From Callorhinchus milii (lineage: Eukaryota), in NCBI RefSeq assembly GCF_018977255.1, contig NW_024704755.1, positions 9,672,001-9,736,000 of the forward strand: a stretch of DNA of 64,000 nt. Reading direction: 5' to 3'. Of this stretch, positions 12,119 through 25,513 are shown piece by piece. A model generated the notes under the pieces. The model was given only the letters and a program-made list of their open reading frames with translations, ran no database searches and was not told where the DNA came from. How positions within the stretch are numbered: the first letter of the stretch is position 1; each line of letters opens with the position of its first letter. The position numbers and the translations under genes are program-made.

Positions 12119-12750
12119 CACAGTGGGGATGACCAATTACATCCACGTTTGATGGAGCTGTTAAGATCTATTCAAGTCAGGAACTGAAGAACCTTTGGCT
12201 TTGTTCCAGCCTGGATTTGCAGAACTGAGCAAGCATGTGGCCTGGCTGAAGCAGCACTTTTTCCTGTTGTCTCAGATCCAGATCAGCAACGTGACATGCC
12301 AAACTTTGCCCCCAAACATTAGAGTGACTATATATGGGAGGGGGTCATCCACCCAGCATGGGGATGTTGAGCAGCTGCCTGCCATGCCAAGCTGCCAGTC
12401 ACACAGTGCGAGACGCATTTCAATCTATGTGCCAACCCACAGCATTTACCCCACGCTCAGAGGCTCACTGCATGACTGCAATAGGAGCCAGAACCTCTGT
12501 GATTAAAAGAATTATCACAAGATGTAAAAAAAACACACAAGAGGAATGCCAAGGAAAATGACGATTTTTTTAACCCACCATTTCTTGGTCATGCAATTTT
12601 AATGCATTTTTTCATTCAACAGTGAATGGATGTAGGTATTACTTGATTTCAAGTAAAGTATAGTTCCTTTATTTCATTAATTGCCTTAACTTGACGAGCA
12701 ATAACATTGGCCGTCAAAATGATTTGTTCCCATTAGATATATGCATGTGG

Positions 12751-12815
12751 CAACAACAACAACAAATTCCATTTAAATAATGCCTTTCATGTCGGGAGAA
12801 CATCCCAAGGCACTG
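12751..12815 (-). mobile_element. L2/SINE tail with (aac)n
   Basis: caacaacaacaac...gcctttcatgtcgggagaacatcccaaggcact. Confidence 0.65.
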
Positions 12816-15800
12816 GGCTTAATGTGACCACATTAAACCCAATATTTGCTGTCTTGCTCTGTGTGTGGCACCATAAAATGGTCAGAGATCCGCAAGTAAT
12901 GGACCGTATTAAATATCTGGTTCTAATGTAGCCAATAATATAAAATGTAAAAACATTAATCTGTCTAACAAGATTACATTTCAATTTATAGTGAACTTTC
13001 AAAGTCATTATTACAGACATAATTGCACCATAAGACTTCCACCATTTAATATCTATACAGGATTCTTTACCCCACAGCAATGCGTAATCTTTCTTACAAA
13101 GGTTTAACAAAATATAAATCCACTCCTTCTCAAATAGAAGAATTAGAAACCAAATTAATTATTATGGTATCTTTCCATTTCCCCATTGGAAAAATAGATA
13201 GATATACATTAAGATAAAGATAGATATTCCGTATTTCCATAACAATCTGTCTTCAAGTTTCAAATTACCAGTTTAATTCTCCATCTTCGCTGAATGCAGT
13301 TTAAATACTTTGTTGACTGCTGTAGGGATTATGGATCTTACACTGGATCCCGTCTGTCACAAAATATCTCTATAACAACTGTCATGCGTCAAACTTCCAC
13401 TTATGTTTGAACTCAATTATCTAAGCCTGTAAAATAGTGAGCTAAGTAATTCTATCAACTGCACGCAATTGAAGGTCAAATAACACTCAAAGTAAAGCTT
13501 TAGCAATTCAGCTTGTTCTTAAATGATCGAGCAGCGTTCAAGAGGACTGACAGAATTTAAAAAAAACTAATGTAAGAAGTCAGAGTCAATCATAACATTG
13601 AATAAGGGTCTGTCATAAGATTTAATAATGAGACACAATAATATTTAATAAGTCTATTGTAATATATGAGGCAATGGTACTGTACAAACATGTGGATGTT
13701 GATCTGTCAATTTGATAAAACTGCAGAACATCTTTTATAGTTTGCAGATCTCTGTCTTCATCATTGAAACCTGACCTCCTTTTGCCTTGAGAGAACACTC
13801 TCTCCCGCCCCCTCCACTACACTTCTCCGTCTTGGACTCCAGCAGCAAAGAACTCAGGATGGGGTGAAGCTCACAATGGAGGTACAGGCTTGCTAAGCAA
13901 AATGGCCTTTTCTTTTCAATGCTTTTGATGCTATCAGACACCTCCTTCCTCCTTCCAAGGTCACAATGGCTTATTTTTGTTGTAGTCCAAGGAACTTAGA
14001 TGGCAATGCATCTGCAAAGGACGGTAGTTTGCAATACACAACCATCTCCAATGGAATTACTTAATAATGTACTATGACCATTGCAGATGGCATATTTGGG
14101 TTTTGCACCAAAAATATATTTTTTAAATTCACAAACAGTTTAGAGAAGTTGGGTTTGTGCTTGTGCGTGCTCCAGATCATTGCCTATCACCTGAGCACAG
14201 TGGAACTTCTGCACCAGTGTTGCTTCCTTACAATAGTTAAGGTGGTAGACGATTTGGGGTGAAGTTCTAAGGCAATGCGTTCTTGTGGTGGATGAGTCAA
14301 CAAGCAAGCGTGAAGCAGATTTGTTTCCCCTCAAACTCCGGGTGGAAAATCCATCGACTGCACCAGATGCCCTGAGGCCTGGAAGTTCAACCTCTGGCAT
14401 GTTTTACAGCCGTTACTTAAGCAGAGAAGCAGCCTGGTTTCTGCAGAGGACATGCAGTATTGTGGTAACATCAGTCTGGGAAGGAGGTGACACATGTTTG
14501 CAGTGCAGTGATGCAAATTTACAATTGACCCTTTTTGATTAATTGCACCGATGCTCGTTTTCTAAGTAGCTATCCTTGAACTGACGTTGAAAAGATGGAA
14601 TTTGTGAGTCACTTGGAAAATGTAAAAAAATAAACAAACATTCATTGTCAAAAACCCACACTTTGTTGAGTCTTCATTCTTTCTCTCCTCATTCCTCCTT
14701 ATGAGTCATTTTTTAATAAAAAATAAAATGCTTTTTTTTTCACATATCACAACTGCACTTAAGGTACATATTGACAGCGTTCAGCTCTTGATAGCAATCA
14801 CTGCTTCGCAGACAAACAGGGTTCTGACTGGGGTTACTTTACAAAGAAATAGATCATCACTTCACCACTGATCAGCCAGCTTTTAAGGTTAACACAGGAA
14901 GTGAGCTGCATTCTTTTGGTTTGTGAGTTTAAAAGAATAATTAACAGTCTGATAACTTTTTATAGAAATTCTTTTGTCTTCGTTCAAACCGAGCCAAAAT
15001 CACCCTGCAGACCATTGAACCACAGGTTGTCCTTCAACTGTAAACTGAAATGAATTTGGTGGCATTTTTTGCGTGGGTGGTGGAATTAATTTTGAAGCTG
15101 TATTTATTCATAGAGACCCTCTCCCCTCCCCTCCCCTTCCCAGAGACCCTGGTACAATTGTAGCTTCCACTGGGCTAAGCATTTTGATCTAACGGAAAAC
15201 TACTAAAGCATTCCATTTTGCATTTTCAACCGTCTGCTCCTGAGGCAGTGAAACGTGCTGATATTGTTACATTGATGCTGGCTGTCCAACCAAGACATTG
15301 TTCTTCCTGTGGGAGCCCACACAGTGAGCACGAGTGAAAGTTTTTGACCACGATGAACAAAATTACAGCAATTTGTAACGGGATTTCTGTGCTACGGACC
15401 CAGAGTCACAAATGGTGATTCCTTCCAGTCACCCATGGGATCTGCATCTGGAGCAGAATTTGCATGCGTAAAGCAAACGCATTTTGAGTTCAAATTTCTG
15501 GCTCCAAATCCTTATTAAGCAATCTCATTACAAAATGGCACAGCTTGGACCCGCTGGACATTGCGTTCGATCCTGACAAGACGTTCGCACATGTTTACTT
15601 TCGAGTACGCAATACTGATATTGGCTAAGGATTTAGGTGCAGGAACCATGGCTAATTTCCCCTTCAGGCTGGCACAGAGATGGAGATAAATGGTGGTCCC
15701 AACTTTTGTCCCAGTTGAGATCAGATCACACCGCACTGAACGGGATTCAAATTAGGCTCCACTGTCTTAATTTCATAAGAGATGAAACATTTTGTGGGCA

Positions 15801-16199
15801 TGATTCTGTTGCAGAAGTTCATCCCCGGATCTATGTCATCTTTAATTTGACGATACATTTTTAATCTGAACTTTGAACGTTCAGGAGGAAGAGACATTCC
15901 CCTCAAGGGCATTCAGCATCCTCTGCCTCCTGCATGCACTGGTAACATTAACCACTCATAGAGAACATGCAGTCACAAACACTTACATCTAGTCAGAACA
16001 TCAGAAGCTCTCCGTGCTAGTTCTCATGGGAAGGTTGGACTGTTTTGAAGCAAATTTGGGGGAAAAAAAGGAAAACTTGCTTTCTTCCTAATTTAATTGA
16101 CTTACTTTAAGTGAAGCCAAATGTCTCCCTTGAGGGGAAACTAAGAATTTCAAATTGAGAACACAACTGACAACTGGGTTTAGGGAAATCCTCATCTGC

Positions 16200-16543
16200 T
16201 TTCCTTTTTTCCCCTCCCCTCTGATTTTCCCCATTGCACCTAATCTGTAGAGAGCAGAGCGTCTTAGTCTGGTTCCACAAGAGACAATTCTTCATGTGGT
16301 AGCCTATACATTGAATGCTGTCAGGTTCTGCTATTTTTCTATTATTATTAATAATAGGTTCTGCTATTATTCTTGCAATTGACTGCTGTGTTTCATCCAC
16401 AAAATTCAGTCAAAATTCACTTTACAATATATTCTGTGAAGCTCTTTGAGGTGTCTCAACGACGTCAGATGCAAGGATTATTATTATTTGACGGCGAGAG
16501 GGCATTGGATAGTTGAGCCTTGATCCTGTCTTCACCTAAGGTC
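16200..16543 (-). mobile_element. AmnSINE2-like SINE split by a younger insertion
   Basis: attcttcatgtggtagcctatacattgaatgctgtcagg...ctatt to ~16335, resuming tgacggcgagagggcat...gagccttgatcctgtcttcacc from ~16488. Confidence 0.55.
16376..16488 (+). mobile_element. SINE 3' tail
   Basis: ttgactgctgtgtttcatccacaaaa...attcactttacaatatattctgtgaagctctttgag...gcaaggattattattatt. Confidence 0.8.
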
Positions 16544-16880
16544 TTAAATTTCCCATGTTCATAGGATTGAGACCACAGTCAAAATTCAAGATTGTGCTGA
16601 ATTCTGAACAGTCTTCAATTAATTCTCAATCTGGAAGCAAGTTTTCCACTGTTCTTTAAAAACTCGCATCTGCATCAAGATTGAATTTAAGACTGCTTTA
16701 CAAAGTTTGCCTAATCTTATATTTTAAAATACGGCTTACAGTTAAGACCATCCAAAATGTCAGGCATCTGCTATGGACCAAGATGCATCCTTGTGAGCAG
16801 GAGTTACTGAACTATGGTCAGATCTTTAGCTGATTTTCTCACAATCTTGTTAATAAGATTTTAAACCCTGTATTTTATTC

Positions 16881-16992
16881 CCTTCTTCCCCCTCACTCTC
16901 TCGCTTCTCACTTGCTTGACCCTTTCTTTGTAAAGTGCCTAGATATTATCCTACAGGAAGGACGTTATATAAATGCAAGCTGTTGTTATTAT
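16881..16992 (+). mobile_element. L2 LINE 3' end
   Basis: Pyrimidine tract, then tgtaaagtgcct...ggacgttatataaatgcaagctgttgtt. Confidence 0.6.
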
Positions 16993-19900
16993 TCTGTAGT
17001 GGTTTGCTAGAATAATTTGCTATTTAAAACTTCCTCAACAAGGTTCTGTTTTTTTATCTCTCTGCTCCCTTGTGTGAAACATCCCCTCTCTTGCTTGGCA
17101 ACTGCCCACAATTGCACAGTCAAGAGGGAGAGCTTCCCATACAGGCAATGAACTGCTAACTTGTCCATTACCATCCTGAAGTGCGAAGATTTCTACAAGT
17201 GTCATGTCCATGGGATACTTTAATTCAGTTTAGCTTTAATGACATAAGGACAACCGGTTCAGTGAAGTTATGGAGCCCAACAGTGGAAGGGAGCTGCATT
17301 AAGATGCACAGTGCACTGTTGAAAATTCAGTCCCTCACACAGTTAAGCCCAGCAATTTGTCTCAGTTGGTTCCTCCCCCTCGCCTCGCCAGCATTCGCTA
17401 AACAAAAATATTATAAAACACTAGGATGTTAAAATGAATAATACGTTTTTGCAGCTGTTTGATTTGTGAAAGGGGGTACCGATGGTGCAATTCTCTTTAC
17501 TCACAAAAACCTAGCGGAGTGACAATTAGTTAGGATCACTGAGTGCATTCACAGCCTCGGACTGCATTCACGACCATTCAGAAACATCGAGAGAAGGGAA
17601 AATGTGGCTGCTGAAAGCAGGCGATCACTCAGAACAAGTTATAGCCTCAACGTTGCATTGTATTACTTCAGTTAGACCTATACAGTCGCATTTCTTCATC
17701 ACTTGGGTAAATGCAAACAAATTAACAGTGAAAATATTTCAGACAAATTTTCCATCTATGCAATGAAACACTGATACGCAATTCAGAAGCAGCAGATTAA
17801 ACTTAAAGCATAAAATACTCTTCTCAGAAAAATGTCTGATTGGCCCTGATATTTTTATGGAAGATCTTGGCAAAATTCCAAACAAGAGATAACAGATATC
17901 TTTACTGGACTATTGGAGTTATGTTCATAGTCTGTTCCTAGTCACAAACAAACACATGGTAGAGCATCAAAACATTCGTGATTGATTTCTGATAACAGAC
18001 TTGGGTATGTAAAATAAACGGAATGTGTAACTGATGTAACCAATGAAACTGAACAAACACAGCACCAGCTTTCCACTCGTACAGTTTGATCAGAGCCAAA
18101 ATCTCTGTCAGTTGTGTTCCCAAGTTGGTGTCAGACTCTGTTAGGTTTGTTTGAGAACTGTACCATTGGTTGGTGTCTAACTTTTAAAGCAGCTCCAATT
18201 GTTGGCGGTTTCAAATAGCTGCCTCCTTTAGCACACAAGCTGCCTAACACTGAAGCAATATAGTTCAGTACAGAAGTGATCCACATCTAGTGATAATGCT
18301 AAACATCACGGCTAAGCTAAGCGCCTACTGATTTAGTAATCTAAAAGCACTTGTGAAACGCAAATTGTAATGGCCACTAGACAAGGGGCATGAAATGATG
18401 CAGAAAATCTGCGAGCTAACAGAACCAAACATGTTCAAGAAGAATCAGGCATTGAAGGAGGAAAGCAACCCAGAAACTATTTATTGACTACAGCGTGTGT
18501 ATCTGAATAAAAACAATTCAGTTTTGTTAAATTAATTATCAGGCATTATCAGTGAAGTTAAAGTTTGAAATGTCAGGAACTATAAGCTATGATCTGCGCT
18601 TGTCAAAATAAAATAGATAGTTTGAATAAAGCAATATCAAAAATATGCACAGTCATTGCTACAATGGACACCACACAACACCTAGCTTCACTCTGGTGTC
18701 CAGTTACATACAGAACATCCAAGAAGATTATTAATTTAATCCGGCCATATTCACACAAGGGCATTTTGTGAGCCAAACACATATTTTAACTTTGCATGGT
18801 CTGTTCAACAAATAAGCTGTTTTGAAATGATTTCCAGGACAATGTGTGTTGCCACGGCGATGACATTAAATGAAAAGGACAAAAAATATAGAGGGGTGAT
18901 AAACTGCATGCTTCGATGATACACTTGTCTTCCAAGCCTGTGTTCAAACGGTGTGTACATGCCAAGATTTTTATGAAAGGCCAAATTAGAATGCATCACT
19001 ATCAGGCTGTAACTGACAAGGCATTGTGCGCTGACTGTTAGCATAATGCTCCATATATTTGTGAGCCGTTTTCTATAGCCGACTAAAAATGTCACACTCC
19101 AACAAATTATGACACTGAAACTGCACGCACGGAGTAATAAGGACAGCATCACTTTTGTAAGTCTTTCATGAAACAACAGATCCCACTCTGTGCATCTCAG
19201 AGCAGATAGCTTTGCATTTACAAGCTGACAAATACAATTTTAAAACCTCCCTTAACACACAGTTTACAAAGTTGCTCTCAAACAAAGAGTTTTTAAGACA
19301 TTCAATTAACAGTTGAACTAGCATCTTCTTGGGGGCTGTCAAATTGCAAACATCTTCCTGTGTGGGAGCTTGAAAAGAATTCAGTTTTTTTTCCAATATT
19401 CCGAAGTACAAATAGCAGAATGCGCACATTTGGACATGTTTAACAAATCTAGCTTTATTTTAGTGTTAAAATTGTGGGGCTGTGAATTGCGATCTTTCTA
19501 ATGTTATTTTATAAGTTATCCAATCTGTTAAAAAGCATCAGAATTTCGAGTTGATTGTTAAAGACAGGTTTGGGTATAAATTTCTCACTCTTCTTCCCCT
19601 CCCCCCCCCACGCACCCACCAACTTCAGATTGAATTAACCCAGTACAACATGAAGTGGCCCTGAATCATTGCCCTCCCCAGTTGGTGGCAACAACAATGC
19701 TGCTGTTGAAATGCTCAGACTGGCTTTGGGCCCAACCATTGTGCTGAAGTCGGGGAAGGAAAGAGGGGCAAGTCTTCAGTAAATCAGAAATTGAAATGTT
19801 TTATATAACAGATCTGATAAAGCGTTTCAATTTTCAGCCCAATAATTCCTGACAAAACAGATCAACTTTCCCGGCATTAGATTTAACAGTGGATCATATT

Positions 19901-21558
19901 GTTTCTAAGCTGTGATCGTCATCTCTAGGGACAGATAGAAACACGCTTTTCAAAGCTGTTTTTGACCCCTTATTTACAGATCCTGAATTCATTGCACCAG
20001 AAGTGAAAATGCTCAAACCATCTCACTAATATGTAACTGCACGTTATGTGCTGTCCTCCAGGAGACTGAAAAGAGACCATGAGTTTCCATCAAACACTGG
20101 AGAAAGGAATTAAAAAAAGGTACGAGCTGTTTAATTGTCTGCTATCTTGCAGAACGAAGAAAAGATTGACTCGGATATATACCTTACTACAAATAATTTA
20201 AGGGAAGTTTTGAACAGCACATTGTATAGGATATTTGAGTCCTGGGACATATGAAGGTAAATCAGTATTATCCATGTTTGTATGAAGCTTGGTTTCTGCT
20301 TAGAATGTTATTGCAGTCATCTGACAAGTAACGCCATTTCCTGATCTCACTGTAGTAAAGTCTTGTTTTAGGAAATGTCATGGGATATAAAGGATAAACT
20401 CAGCTTCCTGTCAATTTTAAGTGATCAATCAGGATCTACCAAATTGTACCCTTTCACACAACAGGGCTTTGCTAGGACAACAATCTTTTCCTTACTGTAT
20501 ACAAAATTCTAGCAGTGAAAACAAACTGTGAACCTAGCTGTCCTTTGAGAGTGTTAAAACTATATATGCCCTTCCACGTGTGAGTTAAGGGAGGAGTCGC
20601 ATTTTGTTTATGTTTGCACATTTACAAATGAATAAGCCTTTGAGCGAACTGCATCTGCTCAAGCAAAGTTGTTGACATGTTTGCTTAAACGTAAACTCGT
20701 TCTGTTCAGTCTTAGACTTTTAAAATAAAACGCATTCCCAGTGTTTAAAAAAAAACCTTGAGAATCTTTTTTTAATCGTAGGCATTCTATGAAGGAAAGT
20801 GGCCCAATGATGGGAGAGCCAAGCAGTGAGAGCACCAAAATTCCTCACGAATACATCGTCCCAACCAGATTAGTGCTGCAGTTACACTTATATGGTTGCC
20901 ATTCCCTTACTGGTGCCATTACCTCCAGAGGTGTGATTACTCTATCCCGAGATGAGTCTTCATCCCAGCTCTAGAGTCAGCAGTGTCCGTGATATTGTAA
21001 AATAAGGAAAGCAGAAATCTGTCACACTGACTGTTGGGATTTTTGCTGTGATGCAATCTATTTTTGGAGTAGCATTCCCGAGGGTTGCTGTGATTTACCT
21101 TTGGATACGGGAAGCAGTCCCCACTTGGACTTCTTATTAGAAATTATTGCGTAACAGATCTCTTTACCAGTTGACCTACACAGTTTTCTGATAACCTCAC
21201 AAATAAAAAGAGGCAAATACTGTAGCACAGTTGTCACCTCCCCAGATTTGTCCGGAACCGATCCCTTGCTTCTCAACGTCCACAGTCAATGTTGTCCTTT
21301 CAAGCACTGTTTATCCTTATAGCTTGAGCTCAGCATATGGCAGGAAAACCCAGATCTTGGTATTTCCCTTTAGAATGACGTAAACTACCATTTAAAAACA
21401 TATTACATCATAAATTTATTGCTCTTTAGAAAATTTACTTTTTTTTAAACTTCTGGTTTGCTACTTGCTTGAGCCAAACTGCAGCAGAACTGCCAAAACT
21501 GAAAGGAGCAGTGGAAGAAAAGATTGACGAATCAAAATAAATTTGCATTTTACATTTG

Positions 21559-22160
21559 TTTGGCTCCCGTCAGCGCCTCCTCATCTTAGGCACTGACCAT
21601 ATCGACCTCTCAGGTCACTCACTCCAACTCACTGAGTCTATGAGGAACATGCTCTCTGGGATCTGCAGCTTCACCCTCCACACAATCCAGAACTTTGCAG
21701 CCCACACCCTCTCCCACCCTTGGCTTTGTGACTCCATCTCCCCCTGCTCCACTCTCTCCTTATCCCCGAGTAGAGCAACTTTAAAATCCTCTGTCAAATT
21801 CCTCCATGACTTTGCTCCACTTTTCCTCTGTGACCCTACTCACACAGGCACTCCCTATGCTTTGCCCACTTTAGCCTGCTGCATGCTTCATTCCCTCTCC
21901 TCCACCCTGCCATCAACAGGTGAGCTTTCAGTCAGTATATCCCCAGTCTTTGGAACTCTCTTCTGAAATCCTTCCACCTTGCCCCTCCATGTCTTCTTTC
22001 AAAACCTATATAAATGTTTGCCACCTCTATGACAACACCTACAGCCACCTCCCCACTAACACTCCTGCTACCTCTCAGCCCAGGCTCCCACTCAGTCTCT
22101 GTAAAGCCCTTGAAGACAATCGTCCCATGCAAAAGATTCTGTATTAGTGCAATTTCTTTT
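21559..22160 (+). mobile_element. L2 LINE 3' fragment (decayed ORF2 end and 3'UTR)
   Basis: Remnant peptides FGSRQRL and LHTIQNFAAHTL (L2 LQ.IQN.AAR); tttaaaatcct, gctttcag...tggaactctct, tttcaaaacc, tgtaaagcccttgaagac. Confidence 0.75.
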
Positions 22161-23184
22161 AAGTTCATGTGATTATCCTTCCTTATAGTCCTGTGCTGTT
22201 AAATGAGTATATCACTCTGAACATTCGCTCACAGGAAATTAACCATAAAGTATTCAAAATTCTGTTGCAAGTTGGCTGGCTTTTGTTTAATTGTAATGGA
22301 AAATTTTCTGAGCTATAAACTCCTCCTGCACTCTTATTGTGCTGCAGGTTTGGTGCTTTATAAATATAATTGATGGCATGCAACAGGTTAGACCAGATGG
22401 TTAGCTTTCACCAACCAAAAACATGGTAAAAGGGCAAGGATGGAAAGAAGGGGAAAAGCATTCATCTGTAGGGAGGTTACAGTTAAAATTATCCAGTTAA
22501 CAGGAGTGAATACAATTATTCTAACTACATAATGGTTCTGGAGTTTCAATTTCAGTTTACTTAAGAGAAATATTCACTGGAGTCGACCACTTTACGAAAC
22601 AGAAACAAACAATCTTGTAAACTAAAGAAAGCCAAAACTACAGCTGTACTTAGATAATCATCCCTCCAATCACCAACACAAGCCGAAGGTGTTGTGTATC
22701 TGCGATAGTGTTACTACTCAAGGGTCATTTTCATGTTGTTCCTTTTATTTAAAGATTAATGCAGCCGGTGATGGTTTGATTTCCACTGAACATAATATCC
22801 AAAGGCAAAGTGAGTCATATCAGGGCCCGAATCATTCTTTGTTGAGATAGAAGAAACCATAAGGAAGTGACTGCTTTGAGGAAGGAAACAAAAACATGTA
22901 CTTACAGTGGATACGTAATCATTCAGCGCAGTCACTCGAGTCACCAGCTGAACACCTGTATTGCATTATTAATGTGACCAGATTCTGTTGAAAGCTGGTA
23001 ACACACCCTGTCTAATCTATTATTAAAATGACTGGGTGCAGAAATAGAGCTGTAACTCATGTATTACTCATTGCACTGAGTTTTCCCGTTAATGAGACAT
23101 GGAGAATCTACTTAACTTATAGATTAAAGGCTCAGTCTGAATTTTTACCATTTTAACTCATCAGCAACATCCCAAAATTTCAAC

Positions 23185-23260
23185 ACACAGCACAGATACA
23201 CACAATACAGACACACATTCGATATATACACATGCACGCACGACACACAACACACACAAC
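23185..23260. repeat. Imperfect CA-rich microsatellite
   Basis: Seen directly. Confidence 0.7.
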
Positions 23261-23343
23261 ATATCTTCCTAATCTGGTCTATATGGTCAATTTGCATTTA
23301 GTTGGAGCATTTGCTATTGTACTGCACAATCTTTATCCAGGTG

Positions 23344-23554
23344 AACAACAACAACAACTTGCACTTATATAGCACCCTCCACGCAGAGTAGCATATCAGA
23401 GCACTTAACAGTGGTGAAGCCTGACCCTGAGTCAGGGGGAGGGAGATGGCCACAAGCACGGTCAAAGAGGAAGGTCTTCAGGCAGGACTTAAAAAAGTTG
23501 AGAGAGGGGGCAAGGCGGAAGGATTGAGGGAGAGGGTTCCGGAGTTCAGACACC
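23344..23554 (-). mobile_element. L2 LINE 3' end
   Basis: (aac)n ttgcacttatatagcaccc tail; remnant LRNPLPQSFRLAPSLNFFKSCLKTFLFDRA matches the L2 ORF2 C-terminus. Confidence 0.85.
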
Positions 23555-24854
23555 TTTCAGTGACATTTCTCTTAGATCAAGGAGAATAGGAATCAATGGG
23601 TGTCGTCTTGGAATGACTGAATGAAGACGTGTCAGAAGACTATGGAGTGTGACAGATTGGGCAATTTTTTAATCTGAACATCCATATTTCAGCAAACCCT
23701 TCTGCTCCCCAGAATTTCTCACACTCCCCAGAAGGTCTCTTACGTTGAATGTTAAACAATGGTAATTTAATTTAGTTTGGTAGTTATACAATTCTCAATT
23801 AAAAATAGATTATCTCCCCCCTCCCTTTCCATTCTCACTTCAGCAAATGTAAATTCGCTGACTGCCACCTATTCAATAGAGATGAGTTTAAAACTTTGAA
23901 ATTCTAGCCAATGAAAATGTTCTATTCTAAACTCTAAGCTCTGTGTTGTATGATACTTTATTTTAGATCGGAAAAAATAAGTGACTAAAATCACTTACCC
24001 ACTCCACTGTGTCATGTGAAATATTCAAAACCTACTAAAATAACCTCAAAGACATATACATTTTAGAACGGGTGCATTGGTTTTAATCATTTTTATTGCA
24101 CGCATGGCATAAATCTGCAATTAGATACTGTGACTTATTCACGAACACTAGATAGTGCATTAGTGATGTAAATTATAGCTGTAATCATACCAGAAGGAGA
24201 CAGTAAAATTACAATTCAGAACTGAGTCGTGGCATTTAAGGCTCAAATGTTATTGGAAAAACTTACAGTAAAGGGAAGACTCTATAAACGTCTCTATAAC
24301 TTTCTAAAATTGATGAATCGAGTCGATTCCTTGTATTGTGTAATTGAAGGTCAATAGGGTTTATTTTCTGTCTTTTTTGGGGTCACACAGCTCCAGGAAT
24401 AAAAGCCTCCCAGGTGCCACTTTAAAATATTTATACCTTTTCTGCAGTTCTAGGCAAGTCTCACAGCTACATTTACTGATTTTTCAGAAAATGGTAGCCC
24501 AGAATCTCTGACCGGTCTGCTCAGGGCAATGCTGTTTTGTGCCAGAAAAAGCATGGCTGAGTTTGAATTACAGCTTCACTAAAAGACTCTCCTGTTTCAC
24601 TGAACCGCAGGCCCCTGTGTAACAATGGATGGATACAGCAGGTCTGAACGCTGCAGAACAGTGCTCCTGATCTGAAGCACCATTTATCCAATTTAATATG
24701 ATGGATCAGTCTCTTCCCCCATCACCATGGGAGGTGGCAACAGAGTGCAATATTAATGGAGGATGAGCTTAACTGCATTGTTTGGTGCGAATGAAACTGC
24801 TCGGTAAGTTATTGTGCTTAGAGCATGGCTTCTCCTTCTTTGAGGAGTGCAGAT

Positions 24855-24914
24855 GAAAACGCTCTGAGACGTTACCCTGCGTGGAGGGCGCTACATAAGT
24901 GCAAGTTGTTGTTG
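24855..24914 (+). mobile_element. L2 tail
   Basis: cgctctgagacgttaccctgcgtggagggcgctacataagtgcaagttgttgttg. Confidence 0.75.
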
Positions 24915-25513
24915 AAATCTGCCTGCGTCGGCAGAGATAGTTTACATGTGCTGCTTAACGAGAGCCAGACCTCCTTCAGCTCCATCATTAACGCAAGCCG
25001 TTCACTAGCACTGCCTGGCATCGGTAGCTCTTCATTTGTATGGAACACGTTTAACATGCGAAAAGCAGGACTATAAAACAAGAATGAAAGGCTGTGACAA
25101 TTTTCCCCTCCAGCAACAGTGACATGGAGCCACTGGGAGGTTTGACCTACACTTCCCGTTCATCACTGTGGTGGTCAGAGGAACATTGAGAAATGGGGTT
25201 TTGGTTTAACAATATTACAGAGATGGTTACACGACTGGTCTGCACCTCTGGATCACCTAAACACAATCTTTATCGGAACTGTTGGGGGAGTGGAGTCCAT
25301 ATGGATTCACACTGGTGGATCTAACAACCTGAATCAAAGTGCTGCTGAAACCACAGTGACAACAAGGCTCCAGCGCAATTTTGCACTGAAGCCAGGTCTA
25401 TATTTGTTGCGACACAGAGCCTGGCAAGCTCACGTCTCACTCCATACAGCTCCCACTCTGAACACTTCCCATTCTGAAGTAGGAGGTGAGCAGAAGCTAT
25501 GATGTTACTCAGT

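Noticed and set aside
13735-14542. Overlapping short ORFs in a GC-richer patch
   Set aside because: All frames after the best plus-strand acceptor (tttgcag, ~13747) stop quickly; no homology recognised.
20781-20974. Possible exon (tttaatcgtag acceptor, MKESGPM... ORF)
   Set aside because: No convincing donor and no homology.
24487-24810. Acceptor/donor pair ending tcg|gtaagt
   Set aside because: Stops in all frames and no further support.
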